Part shown: piece after piece, positions 10,044 through 19,976 of the stretch
How positions within the stretch are numbered: position 1 is the stretch's first letter
Layout of the letters: each line of letters begins with the position of its first letter
From: Candidatus Firestoneibacteriota bacterium
GTDB lineage: Bacteria; Oederibacteriota; D2-FULL-39-29
NCBI GenBank assembly: GCA_903891415.1
Contig: CAITEH010000012.1
Location: 1,136 to 65,135 of the forward strand
Reading direction: 5' to 3'
DNA length: 64,000 nucleotides
The notes under the pieces: generated by a model
Seen by the model: only the letters and a program-made list of their open reading frames with translations
Databases searched by the model: none
What the model was told of the DNA's origin: nothing
Program-made: the position numbers and the translations under genes

Positions 10044-11309
10044 TCAGATCCGGTAAAATTCTTTCGCGTTCGAATAGAGTATATTCTTCGCGATAAATTT
10101 CGCGTCTTCCAGTGAAGCCGCTTCGTTCTCGATCCTTTTTGCCAGCGCGCGGAAAATGCTTTTTTTTGCGTATCTTACCGCGCCGTAGGCCAGCTCGGCC
10201 CCGGAACAATCCCCGCCCCAGAATATTTTATTTGAAGGGACGCAGTCAAGGAGTTCATTAAGCAATTCCCCGGTACTGGTCTCGGAGATGATAGGCATCC
10301 AGCAGAGGTTAAAAAATACGTTCCTCTGGCTCTTGGCCAGGACGATCAGACTGCCGGTAAAAGGATATCCGGTGTGAAAGACGTCAAAACGGGCCTCTTC
10401 ATATTTCAGGAATAGGTTGTTTAGCAGGAGCGGGTCTGACCAGGCAAGCGGCCTTCCCCCGCCATGCTGAATACCGGTATGGATCTGAACAGGCAGGCCG
10501 TGTTTTACGGCAAGTTCCATGATACGGTGCAGCAGAAAATCCTGAAGCGCGGTCTTTTGCTTTTGCGCGGCTTTCTTATTTCCGGCTTTGAATATTTTTT
10601 TTGCTTCTTTTTCCGTTGTTTCGGCAAAATACAGGCTCCGGTCATAAGCCAGGGCGTTTTTCAGGGCAACTGCTCCGGCTTTTTTAAAATCACCTATACG
10701 CCGGTCTACCCAGTTGATATAATCATCAAGATTCTTTATTTTGACGCCTTGTTTTTCCGCGAATTCCCGGGCGTTATGGCCGTTATGGTCTTTTTCTCCC
10801 AGCGCGGACATTACGAAAGGATTTATTCTCAGGACAGGAATATCCTTGCCGCCTTTTTCGGGTATTTTAAGCGCCCAAAACTCGTCATTTAAATACCTTT
10901 CAATACCGGCCTTATTAAGGACCTCGCTGAACCAGGAACTGTCGTTATGATGTTCTCGTATAACTCTGTCATACTCCTGCCAGTTGGAAGCAGAAAGAAC
11001 CTCTTCAAAACCGTAAAGTTCCTTAAGCCCGTCAAACAAACTGCGGAAGTAACTTGTTGACCTTACAAACGGCAGGACTTTTTCAATTTCTTTCCATTTT
11101 TCAAAAGCAGAGAGGCCGGAAGAGAAAACATTTTTAAGCCCCGCGCTATTAAAGTCCGCGGCTACATACGCCGAACCGAGTAAAGCAAAAATATCATAAT
11201 TGCTTGCGTCTCCCGCGGCCCCGCCCTTGTATCTAAAATGCTCATGCGTGTCAAGGACATTCAAGTTATCAATGAAGTGCCTTAGTTCTTCAAGGTTGGC
11301 TCCTGTCAT
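10044..11309 (-). CDS. Amidohydrolase-family (metal-dependent TIM-barrel hydrolase) protein
   Basis: 421 aa with ATG plus GGGAGGG RBS. The N-terminal LNVLDTHEHF metal-binding signature and later HTGIQHGG and FHTGYPF are typical of amidohydrolase_2-type enzymes found in uronate/sugar-acid loci. Confidence 0.8.
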   Translation of the reverse strand: MTGANLEELRHFIDNLNVLDTHEHFRYKGGAAGDASNYDIFALLGSAYVAADFNSAGLKNVFSSGLSAFEKWKEIEKVLPFVRSTSYFRSLFDGLKELYGFEEVLSASNWQEYDRVIREHHNDSSWFSEVLNKAGIERYLNDEFWALKIPEKGGKDIPVLRINPFVMSALGEKDHNGHNAREFAEKQGVKIKNLDDYINWVDRRIGDFKKAGAVALKNALAYDRSLYFAETTEKEAKKIFKAGNKKAAQKQKTALQDFLLHRIMELAVKHGLPVQIHTGIQHGGGRPLAWSDPLLLNNLFLKYEEARFDVFHTGYPFTGSLIVLAKSQRNVFFNLCWMPIISETSTGELLNELLDCVPSNKIFWGGDCSGAELAYGAVRYAKKSIFRALAKRIENEAASLEDAKFIAKNILYSNAKEFYRI

Positions 11310-11434
11310 AAGCCCTCCCGCGTTTACCGCTTATTTTCCGGAATTATCCTAATACTCTCTTTATATCGAGCTCGCTTTAATTTCTTTATTAAATATAATT
11401 GTTTTACTGCCGCAACAGTTTCCCCTTAACTGTT

Positions 11435-12733
11435 CTACTTAATATTTGCCTTAATATTTTGTTTCAAGTAGCTATTCCAGAGCTCCAGCACGATCGGATA
11501 GGCAAGCCATTTTTGGGTTTCAAACCTTGGCGTATCTTCTCCGTGGCCTTTTGCAAAGGAATGAAAACCCATGGAAGTTTTATAAAGAAAATCTTCGTTG
11601 CCGACATACATCAACTTTTCCATTTTACGGCAGCGTTCTGAATCAGTCCACAAACCCAGTACTTTCAGGGTAACCAGCATTGCGGTATAGGAGCAAAAGT
11701 TTTCCTCGCAGTAACCTAAAGAACTTCTTTTCCCGGCAGCATCACCGCTGTTAAATTCCTTCATCATGCCCTGCTGGCCGAGAAAAGGGGAACTACCGTT
11801 TTTCAGTGTCCAGGATTTACCTTCAATTCCGTTAATTACCTTTTCACCGTAGTTATATTCAGCGACCGCGCAATATATCCCGGAAATATCGGCAAGCGGC
11901 AGCTTTTCATAGGTAAAGGGATGACGAACCCCGGTGCCGGAACCCATTTCCTTTTTCGATTTGGGAGAGGTATAGGTACCGCCTTTTTCAAAGATCGTCT
12001 TCCAGTCATAGCAGGTCCAGACCGTCTTGATATTGGTAAAACCGTATTCCTCGAACTTCTTCATGTATTCATCAAAATTAAAGGAGGTATAGATCTTGTT
12101 AAGTTCTTCGGGGCCGAAATAGGCCGCGGCCGAAAGGACAACGAACAGGTAGAGCCGGTGATTGGGATTCCATTTTTTGTAAGAATTGTCGTCACAATGC
12201 AGAGAGGTTTTATAATCATTGCCATCGTCATAGCCAAAGTGCCCGGCTACCGCCAGGGCTTTCATGATCCAGTCCATACGGCTTTTCTCTTCCCCGGTCA
12301 GCTTGTCCCAAACCTCCGGAGTTTTTCTTACCAGGGCGAAGGCCTCGGCAATAGCGCAATGCGTCCAGCCGTTCAACCCGCAGCCGGCATTCGGTTCATG
12401 GCCCGGGCTTATTATATACCTGATCTGGGCTAAAAGCCGTTCGGCCACTTTTCCCCCGCCCCCGGAATTGAGCTCCGGATTTAGCGCGGACATAAGAGCA
12501 TTCAAATAGAGGCTGTAACACTCCTTTTGCGGCCCGTTCTGAAGTTTATTCCCGCCCCCCAGGGAAATTTTCTGTACCGCAACAGTCATATCCATTATTT
12601 CGGAAGAGATCTTCAGGTCTTTAAAGGCCTGGCGGTCTATTTTACCGGTTTCCGCGGCAGACGGTACGTCAAAAACTAAATTCAGCAGAATAAAAATGCA
12701 GCAAACAGAAATCAGTTTGACCGTTACTTTCAT
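11435..12733 (-). CDS. Secreted hypothetical protein (possible alpha/alpha-toroid carbohydrate-active enzyme)
   Basis: 432 aa with AAGGGGG RBS and a signal peptide. No family is recognised. The context and a helix-rich, Trp/Tyr-rich composition are the only hints. Confidence 0.7.
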   Translation of the reverse strand: MKVTVKLISVCCIFILLNLVFDVPSAAETGKIDRQAFKDLKISSEIMDMTVAVQKISLGGGNKLQNGPQKECYSLYLNALMSALNPELNSGGGGKVAERLLAQIRYIISPGHEPNAGCGLNGWTHCAIAEAFALVRKTPEVWDKLTGEEKSRMDWIMKALAVAGHFGYDDGNDYKTSLHCDDNSYKKWNPNHRLYLFVVLSAAAYFGPEELNKIYTSFNFDEYMKKFEEYGFTNIKTVWTCYDWKTIFEKGGTYTSPKSKKEMGSGTGVRHPFTYEKLPLADISGIYCAVAEYNYGEKVINGIEGKSWTLKNGSSPFLGQQGMMKEFNSGDAAGKRSSLGYCEENFCSYTAMLVTLKVLGLWTDSERCRKMEKLMYVGNEDFLYKTSMGFHSFAKGHGEDTPRFETQKWLAYPIVLELWNSYLKQNIKANIK

Positions 12734-12763
12734 TAAACCCCCTTAAAATAACCTGGCTTTTTT

Positions 12764-13300
12764 TCACTCCGTGACAAAATCGGCTTCAGAGATATTACAC
12801 CATTTTGAGAATTTTTCCGAGGTATTTCCATGCCCGACCACGCGGATAAAACGCGCGTTGACATTCTTAAACTCAAAAGTTTCCAGTCCCGCTGCTTTTC
12901 CGCTGCTTTTTACCGTCTTAAGTACCGCAGTCCAGGAATCCCCGGTACCGGTCTCGCTTGCAAGGAGATCAAAAGTATAGACCCTTTCGTTGCCCCGGGC
13001 AAAAGCAAGTTTTACCGCTTTAAAAGTTTTCGACTTTCCAAAATCGTACTGGATCCATTCCCCGTCGCCTTCGGCCATCCACGCGGTCTTAAGGTCACCG
13101 TCAAGAGACCGTTCGGGAGGCATGTCCCCCCAGCCGCCCTTGGCTTTTTGCTCCCAGGAACTCGCCGTTACTTTTATACCTTTTACTTCTTTTGCTTCCG
13201 CGGCCTTATCAGTTTTTGGCGCGTCCTTTTTTTCCCCGGCGGCAAACCCGGCAAAAGCACAGGCAAACAAAACCGCAAGAATTACATATAATTTTTTCAT
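12764..13300 (-). CDS. Stand-alone F5/8 type C (discoidin/CBM32-like) domain protein, secreted
   Basis: 178 aa with GAGGAGG RBS and a signal peptide. VTASSWEQ...PERSLDGDLKTAWMAEGDGEWIQYDFGKSKTFKAVKLAF...ARFIRVVGHGN matches the discoidin pattern. Confidence 0.8.
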   Translation of the reverse strand: MKKLYVILAVLFACAFAGFAAGEKKDAPKTDKAAEAKEVKGIKVTASSWEQKAKGGWGDMPPERSLDGDLKTAWMAEGDGEWIQYDFGKSKTFKAVKLAFARGNERVYTFDLLASETGTGDSWTAVLKTVKSSGKAAGLETFEFKNVNARFIRVVGHGNTSEKFSKWCNISEADFVTE

Positions 13301-13314
13301 CCATTCCTCCTCAT

Positions 13315-14559
13315 TTATTTGATAATAATATCTTCCAGGCGCTTCCGCCCCGCAAGCTGATGTATTTTACCATATTTTTCATAAATAATACCAAGCGCTT
13401 TTTTTAGCGCCTTTTCAAAGGCTTCCGCGCTTGCAAGTTCATTATTCTTCGCTTTCAGCTGTTTATCCTCACTCAGTTCAAAACCGGGCGCAATATTGTT
13501 CTCTACGATAATATTACCGGAATTCTTATTCTTACCGACCCTTATAAGAGGTTTTCTCTCGGAATCCTTCCAAATGGAAAAGCAGGCATTACCGGTAACC
13601 CGGCTCTCCCGGCCATTCACAAGCGTAATCCCGTGCCAGCTTTTCACAAGGCAAACGTTGTCCTCAATAATAAAATCACTGGCCGGAAAATTAAAGATCC
13701 CGATGCCGTGCGGTTGTCCCGGAAACTTCTGGGACGGGTTCTCCTGGTTGATGAGCACATTTCCGCGGATAACGGCCTTATTTAGCCCTTCTTTATCCTT
13801 ATAAGGGAAACACTGTATGGCATCATCGTGATTTGGATCACCGTCTTCCATGCTCACGTAACAGTTCTTGACCACATTGTATTGTATGGTCTGGTTATCC
13901 GCGGTATCCCGTATGCCGTCCCCGGAAAAATCAGAAACCACGTTCCCTTCGCAGAGAGAATCCGTAGAGGCCATCACAATTCCCATACGCACATTCAATA
14001 TATAATTATTCCTCAAAATTATATGTGTGCCGGAACGCCCCATTGAAACACCCCAATTCGCGTTCATCCAATCTTTTTTGGACCAGTCCGAGGAATCGAG
14101 CGCAGAATAAATAAAACAATCTTCAAGGACCAAATTATCGGAAGCTCCGTTTTCCGCAAGGCTGACCATATATTTGCCGTATTTAGCACCGAAAGAGGGA
14201 CTAATAGTCAGGCCTTTTATCGTCCATTTGCTTCCTTTTGCTATCTCCAGCCGGGCAAGCTGTGGTTTTTCATCCTTAGCCGCAGCAATAGTTATCATCC
14301 CTGCGTTTTCGCCGCTTAATACAACTTCACCGTGCAGTCCTGACCGGAGCAGCAGGGTATCGCCGGGTTTAAGGGTCTTGATTTTTCCGCTTGTTACCAC
14401 TTCCGCCAGAGTTTTCCAGGGCGCACGGCTGCTGCCGTTGTTTGCAGGGTCCCCTTTGACCGGATCGGCATAATAGGTTTCTCCTGCCAAAACCCGGGAG
14501 CCTGCTAGAAGCATTAATAGTACTGCAGAGTAGAACCGTCCTGCCGGCCTATTTTTCAT
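13315..14559 (-). CDS. Right-handed parallel beta-helix protein (polysaccharide lyase/hydrolase-like)
   Basis: The track ORF starts at a TTG (14586). I prefer the ATG at 14559, which gives signal peptide MKNRPAGRFYSAVLLMLLAGSRVLAG. YYADPVKGDPANNGSSRAPWKTLAEV..LKPGDTLLLRSGLH plus repeated NN/DxxI turns are typical of beta-helix enzymes. Confidence 0.78.
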   Translation of the reverse strand: MKNRPAGRFYSAVLLMLLAGSRVLAGETYYADPVKGDPANNGSSRAPWKTLAEVVTSGKIKTLKPGDTLLLRSGLHGEVVLSGENAGMITIAAAKDEKPQLARLEIAKGSKWTIKGLTISPSFGAKYGKYMVSLAENGASDNLVLEDCFIYSALDSSDWSKKDWMNANWGVSMGRSGTHIILRNNYILNVRMGIVMASTDSLCEGNVVSDFSGDGIRDTADNQTIQYNVVKNCYVSMEDGDPNHDDAIQCFPYKDKEGLNKAVIRGNVLINQENPSQKFPGQPHGIGIFNFPASDFIIEDNVCLVKSWHGITLVNGRESRVTGNACFSIWKDSERKPLIRVGKNKNSGNIIVENNIAPGFELSEDKQLKAKNNELASAEAFEKALKKALGIIYEKYGKIHQLAGRKRLEDIIIK

Positions 14560-15142
14560 TGGATTTCTGCTTTCCGCGCGCTTCAACCATGGCCACTATG
14601 TCTGTGAGGGTTTTTGTGGTCATGTACATGACAAAAACAAATTCCAGACCGTCCTTTGTGAGCTCTTTGCCTGCAGCACTAAGGCCCTTTGCGGACATGT
14701 CCGGTTGAACTGTTATCGCTTTGTATTCCTGTCCCTGCGGGCGGACGATTTTCACGAGATTACCCGGAGCGTCTTTGCAACCGTCAACTTTTGTTTCCAG
14801 TGTCACCGTCTTATCAGTACCCTTCAATATCACACAGTACTCCTCGAGCCATTTTTTGAAATATTTTTTGCATTCCGGCTCCGCAACACCGCGAAGCGCC
14901 TTTATATCTTTTTGCCCGCCGGGCACAGTCCCGGTCTTTATGGTGGCCTTTGCCAGCAGAGACTGAAAACTGCCGTCAGCATTTGTCTTTACCCTGAGGA
15001 TCCCGTCAGGTAAACCCTTAATTTCCGCAAACAAAGCGGGACTCTTTAGATCTTCAGTCTGGCCTTTATCCTCCCCCGCAAAGGGCAGCAGCAGAAATGC
15101 CAGCAAAAAGAGGCTTTTTGTGAATGCCCGTACGTTTTTCAT
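14549..15142 (-). CDS. Secreted hypothetical protein
   Basis: An ATG at 15142 with GAGGAG RBS gives MKNVRAFTKSLFLLAFLLLPFAG. No recognisable domain. Confidence 0.6.
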   Translation of the reverse strand: MKNVRAFTKSLFLLAFLLLPFAGEDKGQTEDLKSPALFAEIKGLPDGILRVKTNADGSFQSLLAKATIKTGTVPGGQKDIKALRGVAEPECKKYFKKWLEEYCVILKGTDKTVTLETKVDGCKDAPGNLVKIVRPQGQEYKAITVQPDMSAKGLSAAGKELTKDGLEFVFVMYMTTKTLTDIVAMVEARGKQKSNEK

Positions 15143-15212
15143 TTTTTCTCCTCGAGCAGCGTACTTCAAATACTTACCGCAGGTAAAATGTACTCGCCTT
15201 CTGTTAAGGCAT

Positions 15213-18062
15213 TTAAGGCTTTAGTTCCAACTCGCCGCAGGCCTGCGGGTCGCGCGCCGATCTCCAGAACTTGCGCTCATGGACCGGCCATTCCATCTGC
15301 TTTTCCTTCCGGAAAGAAAATGTCATTCTTGCCAATTTTTTAAAATAATCCTGTGCCAGGTCCATATCGGTCAATATGATACTCATGCCGAGGCTCCCTC
15401 CGGGTTTGATATTCAGGTCCGCAAGGGGGATCTTCATTTCACCCTGATAACCGCCGCTGATACGTTTCAAACAATAATTTTTTTCTGTCACAGTTTCGTC
15501 CGTGAGCGGCGCTTTTACGACAAAGGGCTTTAACTTCCCGAAGCCCTGGCTCTCATACGGAGAAAGGTATTTATCCTTGCTAAAATAAAATTCCAGCTTA
15601 TCCGTCTCCATAAGTTTGTCGTCCAACACCTTGAAAGCAATGTAAAGATTTTCATTATCATAAAGAAAAGATATAGAAGCGCTTAGATCCTCTTTCCCTT
15701 TCCACCAGTTAAAGAGCCAGTGATCGCTGACTAAGTTGCCGGGACCGTCAATGCTCACGCCGGCCGCGCCCTTCCATTCATCAAGCTGGCCATCAATTAC
15801 TATATTACTTTTCGTTCTCGAACAGGTTATCCTGGGCCTGTCAAGATAGAGGTCAATATATGCCGCCAGTTGATTATCCAGCGCGTACCCGAGTGCAAGA
15901 TCAGCCGCTTCTTCTTCCCCTTTGGCCAGGAGACCCGCCGCCTGCCGCGCAACCGTTCTATATTTTTCCAGAACAGGCGCCGCGGCGGACTTTTCCAGCC
16001 GTTTTATCTTAACATTGAACTCATTTATTCTATTCTGCAGCTGCCGGCGTAGCTCTTCACCCCGGGTAATGGTAATATTGGAAAGTTTTGAGCCGCCCGG
16101 CGCCGCAAAGGTCTGCAGTTGATAGGGTTCCAGCGTGACCGTAAATACACCGCCTTTCGCGGCAAGCGCCTGCCCGTCCGTCAATTGCTCTGCCTTGTCT
16201 GCCCCGCCCAGGCTGAAAGTTAGAACGGCCTTGCTGTAATTATTGTTCAACAGATAAAAATAATATTTACCCTCAAGGTTTAGATCACGAACCGTTATAT
16301 AACGGGACTTCTCCCGGGTTGTAAACTTCTGGGCCGGCAGGGCCCGGTAGGCCCGGGCAAACTCCCGTACCTGGTGGGCTGAGCCGTTTGTGGGATCCGA
16401 CCAGCCGCAATTAATTATAAACGGCACATCCTCGTGAGCCAGAGCGCCGGTATATCCTTCCATGAAATACGGTTCTGAGGGATTGCACTGCGGGGCGATC
16501 CAGGTCCGGTCCCACCAGAAATTCTGCCCTTCAAAAAGCGGCGGGGTTATCTCAAAATAGGTACCGAAGAGACAGGCGCCGGTTGCCGCATTCCCGTTGC
16601 TGACCAGGTCAGCGCATCCCTGGGAAAGGTTAAAATCCCGGTAGAGCATGTGGACCGGCGAAGCGCCCAGCGGATAGGTTTCAAAGACCCGCTGGTCCAC
16701 CGGGTAATAACTGCGAACCGGGACCAAGCCCGGCCGGTTCTGGTAATCCTTGATATTCAGGTTCATCTCCTTATAGTAAGCGGCAATATTTTTAGTGAGC
16801 AGTTCCGAGTAAACGGCCGCAGGTTCTTTTTCCCACTCAGAGATGATATCGGTATAAGGCCAGTGACCCTGTTTCTTTTGACTGAAGAAGGCCCCGTGAT
16901 GCAGGTACTGGTAACCAAAATACGCATACACCTGTATGTCCGGCCGTTTTTTTGCAAGCATGGCCGTCAAGCCCTGCTGCAGCTTGCCAAGGTTCTCGCT
17001 TATCATCCTGTTACAGCCCGCCGGGCCGCCGAACGAGATCCCCTTTAGCGACGGGTGCTTGCCGTATTTATCGACAAACTCCCCTATGGCTTTGATCCAG
17101 TTCAAAACAGACTTTTCATCAAGGTCACCGGTGGGAACGCCATTGACCGCGAATTCTTTCATGGGATCAAAAACTGCCGTAAAATTTATCTGTTTCTTAT
17201 CGCAGGCCGCCAGTATATTTTCGGTATCGGGATCCTTCTCTTCTCCAAAAGCCGGTAGAAAGCAGTGCGACCATTTATACATAACGGAATCAAAAGAGTA
17301 AAGGTTTTGCCCGGAATAAGCCAGATACTCGGCAAGGCGCTCGGGCCCTTTCTGGTTATTTCCGAAATCATACCTGATCAAATGGCTATACTCATAAAAC
17401 GTTCCGATCTGCCGCTTGGCACCCCTAGGTTCATTGATGCGCGCCGCAGGCAGCCCGCCTTTGATCCGGTAAACCCAGATACGGGACATGGCAGCCGGTA
17501 TGCCGTGCTGAATGTTCAAGCAGACCAGGGCCGGCCAGGGCGTCTTCGGCCAGAAAAATAACTGCTGATAACAGTAGTTGTTTGTAAGAGGAAATTCGCC
17601 GCCGCTCGAGTAACCTTCTTCAACATGGAAATTCAAATTGAAGGTCCCGTTCATCCCCTCTTCATGCAGAAAAAGTGAGACCACTCTTTCCTTGTCGTCC
17701 GGATATTCCACCACCACCAGATGGGGTTCTTCCAGCGCGCTCGTATTAAAGCGGTAGGAGAAAAAACTGTTATCCGCCACGGTGGTTTCCCGGTATTTAC
17801 CCATGGTGCCGTCAACGATCTTCGACCAGCCGTCATCCGCAAAGGGATGCGCTTCCCCGGGAGCGGTACAATCAATATAGTCCACAAGTTCAAGGTTAAG
17901 CTCCGGTGCCAGCCGGGCCGGTTTGGGGGCTTTTGCGAGAATAGCAGCGATAGCTTTACCGTCCAGAGGGACGAACTTCACTTCGGCGAAGGCAAAAGCC
18001 GGCAGGCAAATAAAAATATAGACAAGAAACAAGAGGCCCAGAAAAAGTTTTTTCATTCTCAT
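15213..18062 (-). CDS. Large secreted protein of unknown family with CBM9/DOMON-like C-terminus (paralog B)
   Basis: The track ORF (to 18242) carries a 60-aa extension that overlaps the upstream gene. ATG at 18062 (MRMKKLFLGLLFLVYIFICLPAFAFA) has an AGGAGT RBS. It shares blocks with paralog A, for example LVDYIDCTAPGEAHPF / LIDFVDCTDPKDPHGF, FFSY, VVEYPDD / VIEYPDD, SRIWVY, and IDGQLDEWKGA...LYIAFKVLDD. Confidence 0.85.
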   Translation of the reverse strand: MRMKKLFLGLLFLVYIFICLPAFAFAEVKFVPLDGKAIAAILAKAPKPARLAPELNLELVDYIDCTAPGEAHPFADDGWSKIVDGTMGKYRETTVADNSFFSYRFNTSALEEPHLVVVEYPDDKERVVSLFLHEEGMNGTFNLNFHVEEGYSSGGEFPLTNNYCYQQLFFWPKTPWPALVCLNIQHGIPAAMSRIWVYRIKGGLPAARINEPRGAKRQIGTFYEYSHLIRYDFGNNQKGPERLAEYLAYSGQNLYSFDSVMYKWSHCFLPAFGEEKDPDTENILAACDKKQINFTAVFDPMKEFAVNGVPTGDLDEKSVLNWIKAIGEFVDKYGKHPSLKGISFGGPAGCNRMISENLGKLQQGLTAMLAKKRPDIQVYAYFGYQYLHHGAFFSQKKQGHWPYTDIISEWEKEPAAVYSELLTKNIAAYYKEMNLNIKDYQNRPGLVPVRSYYPVDQRVFETYPLGASPVHMLYRDFNLSQGCADLVSNGNAATGACLFGTYFEITPPLFEGQNFWWDRTWIAPQCNPSEPYFMEGYTGALAHEDVPFIINCGWSDPTNGSAHQVREFARAYRALPAQKFTTREKSRYITVRDLNLEGKYYFYLLNNNYSKAVLTFSLGGADKAEQLTDGQALAAKGGVFTVTLEPYQLQTFAAPGGSKLSNITITRGEELRRQLQNRINEFNVKIKRLEKSAAAPVLEKYRTVARQAAGLLAKGEEEAADLALGYALDNQLAAYIDLYLDRPRITCSRTKSNIVIDGQLDEWKGAAGVSIDGPGNLVSDHWLFNWWKGKEDLSASISFLYDNENLYIAFKVLDDKLMETDKLEFYFSKDKYLSPYESQGFGKLKPFVVKAPLTDETVTEKNYCLKRISGGYQGEMKIPLADLNIKPGGSLGMSIILTDMDLAQDYFKKLARMTFSFRKEKQMEWPVHERKFWRSARDPQACGELELKP

Positions 18063-18075
18063 ACTCCTATAAAAA

Positions 18076-19950
18076 TTATTCCAGCACCAGGTAGGAAGGC
18101 AACGGGCCTCCCGCAAATTGCACTTTGCCGTCTTTGACGGAAAACTTTTCTTCTCCACCGAGCAGGTTAAGAACCTTCGAGATCTTCCTGCCGGCTGGAA
18201 TAGCAACGCTGAGTTCACCTTTTTTCTGCTCCTGCCAGGCAATTATTACCTCTTTAGTATCAGTTTTGGTCCAGTCGCACTTGAACTGATAAGCATAGAG
18301 CCCCCCGGTTTCCTCCGAAATTACGGTCTGTATACGGGGTTTGGGCAGCAGCCGGATCATCTGTTGCGCGGCATAAGCAGACGGCCTCCACTCTCTCGTT
18401 TTGCTGTCAAAAAACCCGTAATTATATTGGTCGTCATCGGTAGGCGCGTCTGTTACCGAGATAATAAAGACCCTCTGCACCCCGAGCCGGGAAGCCAGGG
18501 TATACATTTTTATCACATTAGCCGCGGCCAGCCAGACCGAGATCGACGGATGGTATTTCTGTTCGGGAAATTTTCCTCCTTCACTTTGCAAAATAGGCCA
18601 CCCGACCTCGGAATACCACAGAGGTTTTCCTGAAGAACCGTTTTTTGCCAGAATTTTTTGTATCCCTGTCCAGGCTTTCGTAACGGAATAAAAGCCCTGG
18701 ATCCTTTCGGCCATCGGCGGCGCATCGGAGTAAGGATGTGTTGAAACAATGTCATAGGAATTCGCAACAGCCGGGTCGCAGGCATGGACTTTTTCTATGA
18801 ACCGCTGGTCATCGCGCCCGCTGGCGGCAAAACCTACGACCATAACCGCGGGATATTTCTTTTTAATAAAGGCATAGGCTTCTTTCAGGAGTTTTGCGTA
18901 CAAACTTTGCCGGTGGGCATCTATCTCCTTTTTATCCGGCCCGTTGGCTATTAAACGGTGGTCGTTGGGTTCGCTCCAGAGCTCTATATACTTTACCGGG
19001 TTTTTGGCCAGCTCAGGGCGTTTTTGGAATAAGCTCCCGCCGGGGCCGTATTTTCCGCAGAACTCATCCAGCACCGCCAGGTAGGCCTGTATGAATTCCT
19101 CATCGCTTTTATAATAATCCCTGACGCGCTCCTTCCTGAATTCCTGTCTGGTCTTACCTGTCTGAAGGGTAACCAGGAGCGGCAGGCCGTCCTCTATCGC
19201 GTTAACGAGCGCCTCATCATTCGGGGGCCCGCTCAAGCGGTAAGAAGTCCAACCGACTTCTTTTATTTCCTTTCTAAACTGCGTATATTGTTCCCCCCAG
19301 GAAAAACAGCCATAAAGGGGAATACTGTCGGGCTTTTGCGCAGCAATACTTTCTATGGGCGGAAATGTCTGGGGTGTAAACTTCCAATCCCCGGTATCAC
19401 TCTCAGGTTGTGAAACCTTTTTTTCCTTAGCCGGCAGTCGCCAGTCTTCCGCAGGCAGGGTATTTTTATCTTTGCCGGCAACAACCGTCTTTCCGCCTGC
19501 TTTTTCTGCCGGAGCCTCCGGCACTGTTCCGGTACCTGAAGGCGCAGAAACCGCTTTACCGGCTTTCTTAAGCTCAAACTTTCCGCTTTTAACTTCTTTA
19601 GTATCCTTTAACTCAAGGATCGGCCCGCTGATATTATAATCTGCCGCTGTTGCCGTAAAAACAAAATGCCGGGTCTGCTTGGTCCCGCTCATCATATAAA
19701 AATCGCCCTTAACCGTCCCGCTTTTGAAGTCCCCCGTCATGATACCTTCAAAAGTCTGGAGCTTTCCTTTCCAATCTGTTTTTAAGACGGCCTGCCATTC
19801 GTTCTCACCTTTTTTGTCCGCCCCGCCGCTCAATATATTCGGCCGGTCGTTCTTGTTCGAATTCTCGTAAGTGCCTTCAAAATTTATCTCATAAGCGGAC
19901 AAGACGGACGTTATCGCTGTCAAAAATATTACATTCAATAACTTTTTCAT
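18076..19950 (-). CDS. Secreted putative glycoside hydrolase (clan GH-A TIM-barrel-like) with N-terminal beta-rich domain
   Basis: I prefer the ATG at 19950 (AAGGAGG RBS, signal MKKLLNVIFLTAITSVLSA). YIELWSEPN resembles the conserved acid/base NEP strand of GH5/GH39/GH30-type enzymes, and LWYSEVGW is a plausible nucleophile strand. The family is not resolved. Confidence 0.7.
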   Translation of the reverse strand: MKKLLNVIFLTAITSVLSAYEINFEGTYENSNKNDRPNILSGGADKKGENEWQAVLKTDWKGKLQTFEGIMTGDFKSGTVKGDFYMMSGTKQTRHFVFTATAADYNISGPILELKDTKEVKSGKFELKKAGKAVSAPSGTGTVPEAPAEKAGGKTVVAGKDKNTLPAEDWRLPAKEKKVSQPESDTGDWKFTPQTFPPIESIAAQKPDSIPLYGCFSWGEQYTQFRKEIKEVGWTSYRLSGPPNDEALVNAIEDGLPLLVTLQTGKTRQEFRKERVRDYYKSDEEFIQAYLAVLDEFCGKYGPGGSLFQKRPELAKNPVKYIELWSEPNDHRLIANGPDKKEIDAHRQSLYAKLLKEAYAFIKKKYPAVMVVGFAASGRDDQRFIEKVHACDPAVANSYDIVSTHPYSDAPPMAERIQGFYSVTKAWTGIQKILAKNGSSGKPLWYSEVGWPILQSEGGKFPEQKYHPSISVWLAAANVIKMYTLASRLGVQRVFIISVTDAPTDDDQYNYGFFDSKTREWRPSAYAAQQMIRLLPKPRIQTVISEETGGLYAYQFKCDWTKTDTKEVIIAWQEQKKGELSVAIPAGRKISKVLNLLGGEEKFSVKDGKVQFAGGPLPSYLVLE

Positions 19951-19976
19951 ATTCCCGCCTCCTTTTGTTTTGTTCC

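Noticed and set aside
18063-18242. N-terminal extensions of track ORFs (15213-18242, 18076-20019, 46334-47026, 25350-27149, 30830-31771)
   Set aside because: In each case an internal ATG with a Shine-Dalgarno sequence yields a clean signal peptide or lipobox. The extension either overlaps the upstream gene or contains the RBS itself.
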